46,517 nt of DNA, taken from contig CM119269.1 in assembly GCA_051294375.1 (NCBI GenBank), forward strand, positions 19,458,307-19,504,823, in the 5' to 3' direction. This document shows positions 34,301 to 45,811 of this stretch, one piece after another. The notes under the pieces are model-generated. The model had not been told where the DNA came from. It did not search any database and worked only from the letters and a program-made list of their open reading frames with translations. The position numbers and the translations under genes were made by a program. The stretch comes from Paraspadella gotoi. Lineage: Eukaryota; Animalia; Chaetognatha. Numbering within the stretch: position 1 is the first letter of the stretch; each line of letters begins with the position of its first letter.

Positions 34301-36962
34301 TACTTTGTTCATAGGGTAAGTCAAAAGGGAGGAATAGGCTAACACTTTCAAAGTTCTAATTCATTCCAATTTATATTTTAAACAAATGTTCTTACAATTC
34401 CAGACGAATGCTGGACATACCTAAATTACCAAGAAATCGGGGCTTTCCCTGTTGTCAACTCCTTAAACCAAGAGAATCTCCCAGGCCCCCCCGCCCAACC
34501 CGCGCCCCCGCCACCCTCCCCCCCCTCCCCTCCCCCACCCCCCCCCTCCCCCCCCCCCCCCACCCCCCCATCTCTTTCCCCCACGTGTATCTCACCGGAC
34601 CCACCCCGATTTCCCCCCCCCATCTCTTTTCCCGTTAATTCTCACCGGACACCCCGTTCCCCCCCCATCTCTCTCTTTTCCCGTTTATCCTCACCGGACA
34701 CCCCGCTTCCCCCCCCAAAAGATAAAAACCACAAGATCAAACAATCTTCTCTCTTTCCCGTTATATTCTCACCCGACACACCCGTTTCCCCCCCATCTCT
34801 CTTCCCAGTATCTACGGACACCCCGTCCTTCCCCCCATCTCTTCCTTTCCCGTTATGCTCACCGGAACACCCCGTTCCCCCCATCTTCTTCTCTTTCCCG
34901 GTTTTTTTTTACCTCCTAATCTCACCGCAGACACCCCGTTCCCCCACGCCACCCTCTTTCCGCTTATCTCACCGGACACCCCGTGTCCCCCCCATCCTCT
35001 CTTCCCAGTGTAGCTCACCAGGACACCCCGTTTCCCCCCCAATCTCTTCCCGATCTCACCGAGACACCCCGTTCCCCACCCCCCCATCCTACTCTCTTTC
35101 CCGATTATACTCACCGACACCCCGTTTCCACCCCCATCTTTTCTCCGAGTATATCTCACCGGACAGCCCGTTCCCCCCATTCTCTGTCCAGGTATCTCAC
35201 CGGACACCTCGTTTCCCCCCCCATCTTTTCCCAGTTATCTACAGTACCCGGACCCTCTGATATTGCCTTCCGATCCACCGACTCGCGTTCTGTCTCCAGT
35301 TATCTTCACAGGACACCCCGATTCCCCCCATCTCTTTCCCAGATATTCACCGGACACCCTCGTTCCTCATCCCATCTCTTCCCGTATATCTCACCGGACA
35401 CCGGCCGTTCCCCCAATCTATTTCCCAGCTTAATTTCACCGGACACATCCATTCTTCAGGTATGCCGGACTACTCCCTCCCCCATCATCTTCCAGTTATC
35501 TCACCGTAACCCCAGCGTTCCCCCCATCTCTTTCCCTAGTTTATCTACACCCGGAACACCCCGATTCCCCCGCCACTCTCTCTAACTCGCCAGCCTTATT
35601 CTCACGGACACCCCGTTCCCACCCTCATCACTATCTTTCCCAGTTATTCTACCGGACACCGACCGTTCCCCCCCATTCTCATTCCCAGTTATTACCGGAC
35701 ACCCTGTTCCCCCCATCATACTTTCCCAGTTATCTACCACGGACACCGTGTCCCCCGCATATCTCTTTCCCAGTTATTCTCACCAGGACACCCGTCCCCC
35801 CATCTCTCTTCCCATTATCTCACCGAACCTTATTATTTTTTCATTTTTTTTATTTTCCCCCCCCATCTCTTTTCCAGTATATCTCACCGGACACACCCGT
35901 TCCCCCCCATCTTTTACCCAAGTATTCTCACCGGACGACCCCCGTATATCCCCCCCCATTCTCATTCCCAGTATATCTCAACCGGACACCCCGTTTCCCC
36001 CCCATCTCTTTCCCAGTTATCTCACCGGGCACACCCCGTTCCCCCCATTCTCTTTCCCAGTTATCTCACCGGACACCCCGGTTCCCCCCCATCTCTTTCC
36101 CAGTTATCTCACCGGACACCGCCGTCTCCCCCCCATCTTATCCAGCTATTATCTCCACCGGAACACCCCGTTCCCCCCCCATTCTGCTTTCCCAGTANNN
36201 NNNNNNNNNNNNNNNNNNNNNNAGTTATCTCACCGGACACCCCGTTCTCCGCAAAGACGAGGATCCTGTAGGTCGTCGTTGGTTTGAGATAAAGGATCGT
36301 GACCTTGGGCGACTGAAGTCCCGTCGCTGCCGGGCGGAAGTGGACGCTCTTCCCGCAATTATCGCACTCGACGGTGTAGGTGACGTCGCTGCGACCGCCC
36401 GCGTCTTCGGGAGGCTGCCAGGCGAGCCAGGCCGTTGTCTGGAGAGGTAGGAGGGAGGGGGTCGACGAAAGCGGTGAGACGGGTGATTGGTTGCCAGGCA
36501 TTGGACTGATTGATGGTATAAAGGTTTGTGATACAAGCGTGAGAAAGGTGACTAAAGTAATAAACAAACGAATTGATGAATGAATGATGATGAGTGAATG
36601 AATGAGTGAATGAATGAATGAATGAATGAATGAATGAATGAATGAATGAATGAATGAATGAATGAATGAATGAATGAATGAATGGATGAATGAATGAGAG
36701 AGTGAATGTTTCACCAGGAAAAAAAAACCCTCGAAAATAAAGGGAAGTAAGTCTCTACTAAGACAGGACACAAAACCGGAACAACCCTCCCGTCAATTTC
36801 GTCTCGGAATAACAATATTCCCTAGCGACCAAGAAGACAACGACGAGGGAAGACGGCGACCATCAACAACAACAACAACGACAACGTCTCCTCCGCCCTC
36901 CAGAGACAAAATTGTTATACCAATTCTTGGCGAAGATAAGTCGTCTGTGCGAGCCGTCCTTT

Positions 36963-36994
<32 letters not shown>

Positions 36995-39900
36995 NNNNNN
37001 NNNNNNNNNNNNNNNNNNNNNNNNNNNNNNNNNNNNNNNNNNNNNNNNNNNNNNNNNNNNNNNNNNNNNNNNNNNNNNNNNNNNNNNNNNNNNNNNNNNN
37101 NNNNNNNNNNNNNNNNNNNNNNNNNNNNNNNNNNNNNNNNNNNNTTTTTTTTTTTGGTGCTTATTTTTTTCTGGTGGAAAATGGTCTCTTTTCTAAAATA
37201 GAGGGGCCTCTTCTTTCTTTCAATATGGGATTTTGGTTCTTTTTCTTTTTATAAATATAAATACATTGAAATAAAGTTCTTATTAAACTTAGGTTTTGCG
37301 TTTTTTTCTTTTGGTTTTTGTTTTTGTTCCTTAATTTTTCCCTATTATCATAAAGTCCACCTACTTTTACTTTTACTTTAACTTTTTATCACTTCTTTTC
37401 TACTTCTCTTACTTACATCGTCACAATTCTTCACTTTTTTCCCTACCTTTTTTCGTCTTCTGCATTTTAAAAATGTATGTTTCTTGGTTTTTAATGCAAT
37501 TTTGATCTCTCGGTATAACATATTCCCTTTTACAAACGAGGTTTCTTCTCTTTCTGACTAGGGTTTCTTATCTATTCATCGAAGTTTCTTCTCTTTTCAT
37601 CGCGGGTTTCCTCCCTCCTCGCGAACGGTTCCTTTTCTTTTGGGCCAAAGACTCGATTTCCGGTTTGGGACATGAAGCCATTTAGAAGCAAGAGGCAATC
37701 TCCTTCACTGTTTCTCTCCGTCGCTGCGTCGCCCCCCGCCTTCATCTNNNNNNNNNNNNNNNNNNNNNNNNNNNNNNNNNNNNNNNNNNNNNNNNNNNNN
37801 NNNNNNNNNNNNNNNNNNNNNNNNNNNNNNNNNNNNNNNNNNNNNNNNNNNNNNNNNNNNNNNNNNNNNNNNNNNNNNNNNNNNNNNNNNNNNNNNNNNN
37901 NNNNNNNNNNNNNNNNNNNNNNNNNNNNNNNNNNNNNNNNNNNNNNNNNNNNNNNNNNNNNNNNNNNNNNNNNNTTTATGACGATAGTGACATTGAAAAG
38001 AAAGAGAAACTCTAAAAATGACAAAATTTATGTTAAAAAAAGTTGACAATTACAACATCGACGAAAACAGAGGACGACGACGAAAAATACGACGACAACA
38101 ACGACAACAAAAACGGCGCCAACAACCACGAGGCCCACCCGCCGAGGCGAAGACCAATAAGCTGAAAATCGCGCCAAAACCGCATGAGAGATTTTTCAAA
38201 CCGGAAACGCGACGACGACGACGACGACGACGACGAAGATGAGGACGACGACAACAACAACAATTACGCAAAAGATATCGACGAAACGAACCAGAGAATT
38301 ATTTGCATTTATTATTACAATTTTAGCATAACTAACGAATGCCAAACCCCAAAGTCAAATCGTGAATCGTGAATTCAATCGAGAACTCAAATTGAGAATC
38401 TACCGACGATAAATCTGAGACATCGAATCATGAATCCTTTTATTTCCCCTACGATCGGAAGATCAAAAGCTACAAGTTTCCTAAACTTAAAGGCTTTCAC
38501 CATTGGGCGCGAATTTGAAAAGGCAATTCTTGAAATAGAAATTTGAAAATCTGCAATCGGAAATCCTTCACAAAAAGATGTGACGATTTTCGCTTTCGGT
38601 ATCAGTTCCCGCAGTGAGACAAAAGAACATCGGATGTCAAAATCAGAAAGATGCTCAAAATATTGTGTTTTTTTTTGGTTTGTTTATTGTTCTTTGTTCT
38701 TTCAATTTATGGAAATTTTAAATTTCCCTTGGTTTCTCCCTCTTTCTCCGCCACCCTTTCTAATCTTTCTTTCCTTTCCCCACCCCGCTCTTCTCAACCG
38801 ATTGTTTGTTTGTTTTTTCGTCCGCTCGTCTCCTTGACAACCAATGAGCCAAAAAAAGCGAAGAAAAGCGAAACAACAAAAGACTCAGACTTCCCTCAGC
38901 TCTCGACTTCGATAAACCATTAAATCAGCTGCCATCGACAGACGCGCGACTAAAAAGGGAAGGAGGACCCAAATCTCTCTCTCTCTCTCTCTCTCTNNNN
39001 NNNNNNNNNNNNNNNNNNNNNNNNNNNNNNNNNNNNNNNNNNNNNNNNNNNNNNNNNNNNNNNNNNNNNNNNNNNNNNNNNNNNNNNNNNNNNNNNNNNN
39101 NNNNNNNNNNNNNNNNNNNNNNTCTCTCTCTCTCTTTCACACTCGAAAGAGAACGAATTTCATTCGCATTTCTTTTCTCTCCCATTGTGTTTGTTTAATA
39201 AGTGGCGTTTCGAGCAGAGAACTTTCGTCTTTCGCAGTCGTCCTAATTTTCAATATTGTCGTCTTCATTATGGTCGACGTCGTCATCGTTAACGTCCGTC
39301 CTCATTGTCGTCTACTACTTCGTCATTGTCGGTGTTTTTGTCATCATCGTCGTCATCCTCCACTTGAGGGTCACCGTTTAGATCCTTCTTGTCCTTGACC
39401 AGACTAAGTCCTCGTTTGAGTCTAGTGGTGGTTATCATAGTCGAGGTCCTTCCTTGATTTCCGAACTCCTTTCCTTATTCCTCCCTTATTCCTTTTCCTT
39501 TTCTCTCTTTTCTCTTTTCTCTTTGTCTCGATCCCTCCTGCTCTTACAACTCATTTCCCCCTGCTTCTTTCCTTCCACGACCACCACTAATGTTTCCCCA
39601 GATTTTTCCACTCAATCTCCCCGTAGTTTTTCCTATTCGAAACCCTTTTCTTTTTCCTGCCTCCCACTTCTCCCTGCCTCCCTGCCTCCCTGCCTCCCTA
39701 CCTCCCTGCCTCCAGCCTCTCCCTACTCCCCACTTCCCGCTTCCTCCACATCCGAATCTTGACTTTTGTTATGAAGAGAAACTTCCTCCCAGAAATTTTC
39801 CCATTTTTCTTTCCAGATCAGTTGAATCTTCCATCGTTATTTCCTTTTCCTCCCCTCCCACTCGCTTTTTCATTGATTCTTTCTTTTTTCTTCTATCCTA

Positions 39901-42900
39901 CTTGGAAGATCCCAGACTACCACCTCGTTCAGTTCCCTATCAGTTACCCCACTTGTTTTCCTAATCTTTCTTGACCTTACTGTTTTAAGTTTTCGCTTTA
40001 ATTTTAACATCGGCCCTTGATTTTTCTTCTTCTTCTTCTTTCTCCTTCTGCCACAATTTTTACCAGCCTTATGATTCCACTCTNNNNNNNNNNATTTTCT
40101 TAACTCCTCTCCGGAACGAGGCGCCTTAGGCCCAGTATTTCCAATTCCGCCCGCGGGAGCCAAGGCCTCGCACCCGAGACTCTCTTCCCGTGCGTTTTTC
40201 TTTTCAAGTTAGGTTTCCGGGACGAGGTGCCTTTGGAGATTCGGTGGAACGGAAGAAAATAACGGATAGTAGCGCCTCGTCCGAGATTTAACAGCCGCCA
40301 TCACCGCCGTTCCCCGGATGTCGTTGATCGCTTACAATTTCACTCAATGGCCGCAATCTGGATAATGTGAATATTCAAAAGGCCGGAAATAAAATATTAA
40401 AACAGGGAAGGGTAAAGGATGCGCATTTGTTACTATGGTGGAATTTTGGTAAAAGATCTCTCTCTCTCTCTNNNNNNNNNNNNNNNNNNNNNNNNNNNNN
40501 NNNNNNNNNNNNNNNNNNNNNNNNNNNNNNNNNNNNNNNNNNNNNNNNNNNNNNNNNNNNNNNNNNNNNNNNNNNNNNNNNNNNNNNNNNNNNNNNNNNN
40601 NNNNNNNNNNNNNNNNNNNNNNNNNNNNNNNNNNNNNNNNNNNNNNNNNNNNNNNNNNNNNNNNNNNNNNNNNNNNTCAAAAACCGCGAGCATATTTTTT
40701 TCTTCTTTTCAAATCTCGCAAGAACCCGGCGCGTTTGCCTCATGGCGCGGAGCATGGTGCGCCATGGTGAGGATTCGAAATCGGATATTTTCCGGGCCAA
40801 AGATTTAATCAGATTCTGGGTTTTGTTGCAGGGGAAAAAAAGGCGCGCGGCGAGACGATAAGAGGGAAAGGGCCTTTTAGCGAGAAAATAGCCAAATAAG
40901 GGATTTTAAGTAGAGTTTTAAATATTGAATTTAGCAAAATAATAACCCGGAAGAAGCGGAAGCAGCATGATGTAAATTAAAGGATCAGTAATTTTATTAA
41001 ATATATTTATTATAATCGTATGTTTTTCTGAAAGACACGAAAACGACTAAGAACGTGAAGTTGCTATTGATTATTACTAAGAAATTAGGCGTAATAAGAA
41101 CTATTGTAGTTTAGAAAAAAAACAAACTTTTTCACTGCTTTTCAACAACAGAAAAAAAATAAAATTAAAATTATTCAGAAAAAAAACTTTTACAATAACA
41201 CCAAGGGGAATCAATTTCATATCGCCCCAGTTTCTCTCTCTGAAAAGAAGAGAGAATGTTCGCTCTCTCGTCTCTCTCTCGGTGAACGGATCTCGTCTCT
41301 CTCATCTCTCTCCTCTCTCTCTCTGTCTCTTATCTCTCTCATCTCTTCTCTCTCTCATCTCTCTCTCGTGCTGCTTCTCTCAGCTCTCTCTCTTTCTCTC
41401 TCTCATTCATCCTCTCTCTCTCTCTCTCTGTCTCCCTCTCTCTCTGTCCTCTCTCTCTGATGTCTCTCTCCCTGCTCTCTCTCTTCTGCTCTCTCACCTC
41501 TCTCCTCTCTCTCTCTCTGCTTTCTCACGAACGCTCTCGCTCTCCTCCTTTCTCCCTCTCTCTCGCTCATCGCCTCTTCGTCTCTCTCCTCCTCTGCTCT
41601 CATCTCTCTCTCTCTCTCTCTTCTTCTCTTCTCTCTTCTCTCTTCTCGCTTCCTCTTCTGTGCCCCCTCGAGCTCTGTCTTCTCTCTTCTCCATCTCTTC
41701 GCCTGCTCTCTTCTCCGAAATTAGAATTTTCATAAAAATGCAAATAGAGAAAATTTTTTTGACACCGATGCCATTTTATGAGTGAAGCTGAAGTCCAGCG
41801 CATAAATCTATAAGGAGGAAACGTGAAAGGAATTTTGATTTCTTAAGAGGAAGTAGAAAAATAGGGTATCGCTTGATTCTCAAATAGGTGGGTTAAAAGA
41901 GGGGGCACATTGGGGCGATGGGGATGGTTAGGTGTGGGGAGGGGTAGGCGCGGGGTGGTTAAAGTGAGACGTGATCCAGATGATAGGATTGAATTATATG
42001 ACTCGTAGAGAAATAAAGAATTAAGTGGAGATAGTTATAATAAGAGTTGGAGAATAGAGAAGGGAAAAGGGAAAGGGCTAAATGTAAAAAAAAAGAAAAA
42101 ATTAGGCCGAAAAATAAATAATAAACCTTAAAAGTATTGAAGGGTTAGGTATAACAGTCATAAAATGCCGCGAGAAGAGCGATCGGGAATAGGCTGAAGA
42201 GGGCGGAATTCCAAGCTGAGAGAAAGAATGTGGAAACGAAATTCGAACACCATCGATGGAGACAAAAGATCGTAACTNNNNNNNNNNNNNNNNNNNNNNN
42301 NNAACTTGAAGGTTCCATCGACGCTCGAGGCGAGAATTCGTGGAATCTCAAAGAGGCGCCTGGATTCTTGGCTCAGGGAGTTGAATGGGAGGCAGGGTTC
42401 GAGGCTCAGGTCGTCATATCAATTTTCTTGGGAGGTTTTAGGCAAGTTTGAAGATCATTGTTTGAAAAAGAATCGGAAACGTTCGACTTGTAACTTTAAT
42501 ATGATAGTTAAATGTTGAACAAGACTAATTAGTTCAACGAATTGAATTGTTATAGTTTTAGGACTATGCAAAGAAGTGAGACTTTGGTTAATCGACAAAG
42601 GATAAACGAATTCGATTCCGGAGAAAATAATTAATTTTCGCAACAGGAAAAGAAAAGAAAAGAAAAGAAAAGAAAAGAAAAGAAAAGAAAAGAAAAGAAA
42701 AGAAAAGAAAAGAAAAGAAAAGAAAAGAAAAGAAAAGAAAAGAAAATATTTTTTTAAATAAAAACCCGTTGTTTGTAAACAAATAAACTCTGTTTTCTCT
42801 CTAAATAAAAACGCAACGAAAAGAAAGTCTTAACACAATGTCAATATTGTCACAATAAAGAAATAAATAAAATTTAACCTTTCTCCAAAAGTTCATCTGA

Positions 42901-43249
42901 TTAAATTGTACTCAATTTTCGTCAATTTTAATCGGAATCTAATGCTATTCACTAAAGGGTTAAAATTTATCCGGTTCTATCTTATTAAGTCCTTATCATC
43001 ATCATCATCATCATCTATCCTTATATCATTTGATCCTCATCCAGTTCTCATCTCATCTCATTATTTTCTCCTTTTTCCCTGTCCCCATTTATCCCTTTTT
43101 AAACAACTTTTGCATTATTTAAAAAAAGATTTTTTTTTCTTCATTTTTTTTTCATTTTACGAAGAGAATCCAGGTTTATTCTTCTGCTTTGCCCTTGCGC
43201 GACCTATCACTATAGCGTCGCGACAAGAGACAGAGAGAGAGAGGGAGAG

Positions 43250-43315
<66 letters not shown>

Positions 43316-44174
43316 AGAGAGAGAGAGAGAGAGCCGGCGCAAAAAAAGTAGTAAAACGTGAAACAAGTTTTGAAAGGAGAAAAAAAAAGAGCCTGCTCGA
43401 GGCCGCAGCAGCGATCGCTCGGCAGACGTACGAGGACGAACGCCGCCGCAGCGACGCGCCGCAGCGACCGGCGCCGCGCCTCATAAAATCGCGCTGCCCG
43501 CAGCGGAAGGTAAAAAAATCTTCTCGGTGCTGCGGCGGAAACGAGGCGAAGCAGGAACAAACTCTTGGTTTTTTTTTCGTAGGGCGTGGTTGTTTGTTGG
43601 GGAGAGGGGTAAGGAAAGGAGTGGGATGTGGAGGGGGTAATGAGGTGGCGCCGGCTGAGCGACGTTGAATGTAACGAGAGGCGGTGAAGTATAATTAGAG
43701 GTGGGAATCTATTTAAGAGTGGTTACTGTTAGGTGATGGGGAGTCCTGTGATGTATGCGTGAAATGATGTAGCGACGAGAGAAGCGACGTTAAGAGAACG
43801 TGGTGATATGTTATGTTCAGAAAATGTCGTTGTGAGAGAGGGTTCTTAAACGTGACGAAGGGTTGGTGAACGATGAGGTTTGTGTTGCGGACATGATTTA
43901 CAAACAGATTTATAAGCGTGATTTAACAGACATAATTTACGGACACGCCGGTTTGGGCGCCATGATTTGTTTGATATTTTTTCAATTTTGTTTTTTTTTT
44001 GGTTACATTAATCCTATTTCCGCCGACATCAAGTATCGAAAAATATTTGGTTCACACGGCGCGTCTGCGTTTTGCGTTTTATTTCTCTGTAATTTCTTTT
44101 TAGCGGTCTCAAGGTTTTGAAAATCGAGACGAAATTTAATGATTAAAGAGAGAGGGACAGAGCAGAGAGAGAGA

Positions 44175-44259
<85 letters not shown>

Positions 44260-45811
44260 TAGGAGATAAGTAAGGAAGACTTGAAGGACGTCCAAAGAGG
44301 GAGAAGATGAGTCGGAGAAAGGTTTGTACATAGAATATAGGACTCTGAAAGGCGAAAAGAAAGGGAAGGAGAAGAGAGGTGTTAAAAGGAAAGAGAGGAA
44401 AAGAGAAGAGAGGAGAGAGAAGAAGAGGGAACGACTCCTGATTCGCAAACGCGACGAAGAAATAAATATCTCATCTTTTTTTATTCAAAGACGGCGACGT
44501 TAAAAAACCGGAAATGAGGAGGAGGGGTATATAAGAGAGAAGAGGGGGAAGTTGAAAAAGAAAGGGGGGAAAGAGAGAAAGACGGGAGAAAGAAAGAAAG
44601 AAGAGAGGAGTTGACAGGAAAGGTAAGCCCTAGAAAGTAAAGGAGGAAAAGACGCAAGAGAGAAAAAGGAGACGAGTCTGCTTAGGAAAAGGGGTAGAGA
44701 GAGACAGAGAGAGAGTCAAAATTCTCAGGAAGAGAGAAAAAAAGGAAAGGGGCAATCAAAAGGAGAGACTAGTCTAGAAGTAAGGCACAGTGATGGAGAA
44801 AAGGAGGGATGGAGAAAAGCAGGGATGGAGAAAAGGAGGAGGCAAACACTCTCGCATTGAATTTCATTTTCCTCCGCTATTCAACGAGGCGTCGTCGTCG
44901 TCGTGGTTGTTGTTGTCGTCGTTGTTATAGTTTGTTGTCGTCGCAAAAGTAGTTTTTGATGTTTTAGTTGTTGTCGCTTTAAAATCTCGAGTTTCTTTTG
45001 AAAGAAAAACGTCACTCGACGCGAATTATATGTTGTATGTTGTTTTTTTATTCCTTTTTTTTGGGGTGGGGGGGAAATTTCAGTAGATAGAAAAGTGACA
45101 CGAAAATCGTTTCAAAGGCGTCCAACAGTCGCAAGCTGACACGCTGACACGCGGACACGCTGACACGTCGACTCGCCGACTCCATCGCACGCACACGTCC
45201 AACCTCCCGGGTGATTTATCACGTTAAGTCAGCGGTTGCGATCTGTAAGTATTTTATCCGTTCCGAGGGGCGCTTATGCCTTTAACTTTTAAGAACGCAT
45301 TTTAAATTAAAGACGGAGTTTTTTTCTTTTTCTGTACGTAGTAATACATTTTGTTAGATTGTCTTGAGGAGCTATATACTTGACTTCAAGGATTTCTTGT
45401 ACACCAACGAAGCCGTTACGTCCAGAACCACGACGACTCAGATATGTCGTTTATGGCAACATTATCGTGCAATAAACCGCTAAAAACCGTTAACAGAAAA
45501 TTTTTTACTTAAAACAAAGATATCGACCTTAGAAGAAGAGCCGGACTACCAATAGTTAGGATATGATTCACATTATTCCTTTCTTTCCTTGGAGCATTCC
45601 CTCTCGTCTTCCCTCCCTCCCCCTTCTCTCACCTGATCCACGGAGAGGATCGAGAGATTCCTCGGCGCGCTCGGCGGTCGCGTGCAGTGCATCCCCTTCG
45701 GGTCCCATGGAGACCGGAAGTAGCCTTTGACGCATGCGCACTCGGACATCCCTTGGAAGGGCGCTTCGCTGTTGGACGGGCACTGGTCGCAGAGGGATTG
45801 TCCGCTCGAGA
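5917..45811 (-). CDS. Eph: Eph receptor tyrosine kinase, partial multi-exon CDS (9 exons in window; N-terminal ligand-binding exons and terminal kinase/SAM exons not found)
   Basis: Exons join in frame with GT-AG introns (phases 0,1,0,2,1,0,0,0). They give Cys-rich [25 protein letters not shown], two FN3 domains, a TM helix, juxtamembrane [10 protein letters not shown], and kinase motifs [67 protein letters not shown], all characteristic of Eph receptors. Confidence 0.97.
11058..11130. repeat. (TA)n microsatellite
   Basis: Imperfect TA run seen directly. Confidence 0.95.
11250..11701 (-). CDS. Nested gene putative last exon
   Basis: Pyrimidine tract with tandem acceptors caatag|aatag|; GC-rich block with one frame open about 150 codons to a stop at 11250; AATAAA at 11225-11220. 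Confidence 0.4.
11250..14452 (-). CDS. Nested BCAP(PIK3AP1)/BANK1/Dof(stumps)-family adaptor gene, about 7 exons, frameshifted in this assembly (sequencing error or pseudogene)
   Basis: GC-rich exon-like blocks separated by short AT-rich GT-AG introns on the minus strand. The composite translation contains DBB-like and ankyrin motifs and a YxxM. Family assigned from recalled BCAP/Dof sequence. Confidence 0.75.
11829..12374 (-). CDS. Nested gene exon: acidic/coiled region with YxxM motif
   Basis: Acceptor aatttcag|, donor CA|GTAAGT; contains KYEAMR (YEAM at 12306-12295) then [17 protein letters not shown]; frameshifted. Confidence 0.55.
12642..13652 (-). CDS. Nested gene exon: DBB (Dof/BCAP/BANK) domain and ankyrin repeats, multiple frameshifts
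   Basis: Acceptor tttcgtgcag|. Across three frames: [32 protein letters not shown] / [12 protein letters not shown] / [14 protein letters not shown] / [14 protein letters not shown] / [29 protein letters not shown] / [12 protein letters not shown] / VLSETPGFR / [23 protein letters not shown]. This is collinear with the BCAP-type pattern (PTLLHFAAKYG..CPG..HG). The 3' donor position is uncertain. Confidence 0.8.
13733..14452 (-). CDS. Nested gene 5' exons (about 14190-14452, 14038-14121, 13907-13996, 13733-13847), possible BCAP-type TIR domain
   Basis: Donors GAG|GTGAGT (14189), CAG|GTGGGT (14037), AGG|GTATGA (13906). The 59-nt intron 13848-13906 has a CTAAC branch site, a pyrimidine tract and TTCAG. 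Fragments [30 protein letters not shown] and HRLLLILG weakly resemble the BCAP N-terminal TIR. Confidence 0.5.
16720..17422. repeat. ~32-bp pyrimidine-rich minisatellite, about 20 noisy copies
   Basis: Unit approximately ttctccctttcctcattccttctccacctcga, tandemly repeated. Confidence 0.9.
18513..18725 (-). CDS. Eph: Eph exon: kinase catalytic loop, DFG and activation loop
   Basis: Acceptor cccccag|; [71 protein letters not shown]; donor AAG|GTAAGG (213 nt). Confidence 0.96.
22271..22486 (-). CDS. Eph: Eph exon: kinase subdomains II-V
   Basis: Acceptor ctctcaag|; [72 protein letters not shown]; donor CAG|GTGAGG (216 nt). Confidence 0.96.
23742..23895. repeat. 26-bp tandem repeat, about 6 copies
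   Basis: Unit ttttc(t/c)taacttcaattaattctaac starting at 23742, 23768, 23794, 23820, 23846 and 23872. Confidence 0.93.
25509..25768 (-). CDS. Eph: Eph exon: juxtamembrane region and kinase Gly-rich loop
   Basis: Acceptor ccgcag|; (E)[16 protein letters not shown]...[54 protein letters not shown]; donor GAG|GTGAGG (260 nt). Confidence 0.95.
25968..26101 (-). CDS. Eph: Eph exon: transmembrane helix
   Basis: Acceptor gtcacag|; (R)[44 protein letters not shown]; donor G|GTTGTG (134 nt, phase 2 to 1). Not in the ORF track. Confidence 0.9.
26362..26442. repeat. (GA)n microsatellite (representative of dozens of GA/CT tracts in the window)
   Basis: Uninterrupted AG dinucleotide run; similar tracts near 1955, 2860, 5320, 6208, 24165, 24352, 24540, 41290, 43230 and 44165. 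Confidence 0.97.
27859..28079 (-). CDS. Eph: Eph exon: end of FN3-2 plus long Gly/Ser/Asp-rich extracellular stalk
   Basis: Acceptor ccccag|; [20 protein letters not shown] completes FN3 strands F-G, followed by a low-complexity linker; donor AG|GTGTGA (phase 2) matches the phase of the TM exon. Confidence 0.82.
28359..28627 (-). CDS. Eph: Eph exon: end of FN3-1 and most of FN3-2
   Basis: AG at 28629-28628 next to an N gap; (D)[27 protein letters not shown]...IAWDPP...YEILYW...[12 protein letters not shown]; donor AAG|GTCAGC (269 nt). Confidence 0.92.
31209..31325. repeat. Long poly(T) tract
   Basis: About 110 nt nearly pure T, followed by about 2.5 kb of T-skewed low-complexity sequence. 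Confidence 0.9.
34563..36246 (-). repeat. ~42-bp minisatellite (roughly 35-40 noisy copies) derived from the FN3-1 exon 5' splice junction
   Basis: Plus-strand unit cccagttatctcaccggacaccccgttcccccccatctcttt; the exon end agttatctcaccggacaccccgttc (36223-36247) is the terminal partial unit; N gap at 36198-36222. Confidence 0.93.
36234..36438 (-). CDS. Eph: Eph exon: first FN3 domain
   Basis: Acceptor cctctccag|; [25 protein letters not shown]...[14 protein letters not shown]; donor TCC G|GTGAGA (205 nt, phase 1). Joining to the next exon gives NGVSDIS, matching the Eph NGVSDLS motif. Confidence 0.93.
36577..36695. repeat. (GAAT)n microsatellite
   Basis: Tetranucleotide run; source of the spurious HSFI repeats in ORF 36109-36771. 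Confidence 0.97.
42646..42746. repeat. (GAAAA)n microsatellite
   Basis: About 20 perfect pentamer copies. Confidence 0.97.
45633..45811 (-). CDS. Eph: Eph exon: Cys-rich/EGF-like region and start of FN3-1 (5' end lost in N gap 45812-45821)
   Basis: Translates [59 protein letters not shown]; donor CAG|GTGAGA, phase 0. Confidence 0.93.

Noticed and set aside
36198-36233. FN3 exon continuing as GEIT... into the N gap
   Set aside because: Splicing at G|GTGAGA restores NGVSDIS in phase with the next exon, so no missing coding sequence is needed.
34563-36246. Regularly spaced repeats as a CRISPR array, or ORFs 34812-35207, 34983-35585 and 35748-36287 as independent genes
   Set aside because: Units are head-to-tail with no unique spacers, the context is eukaryotic, there are no cas genes, and the ORFs are repeat translations.
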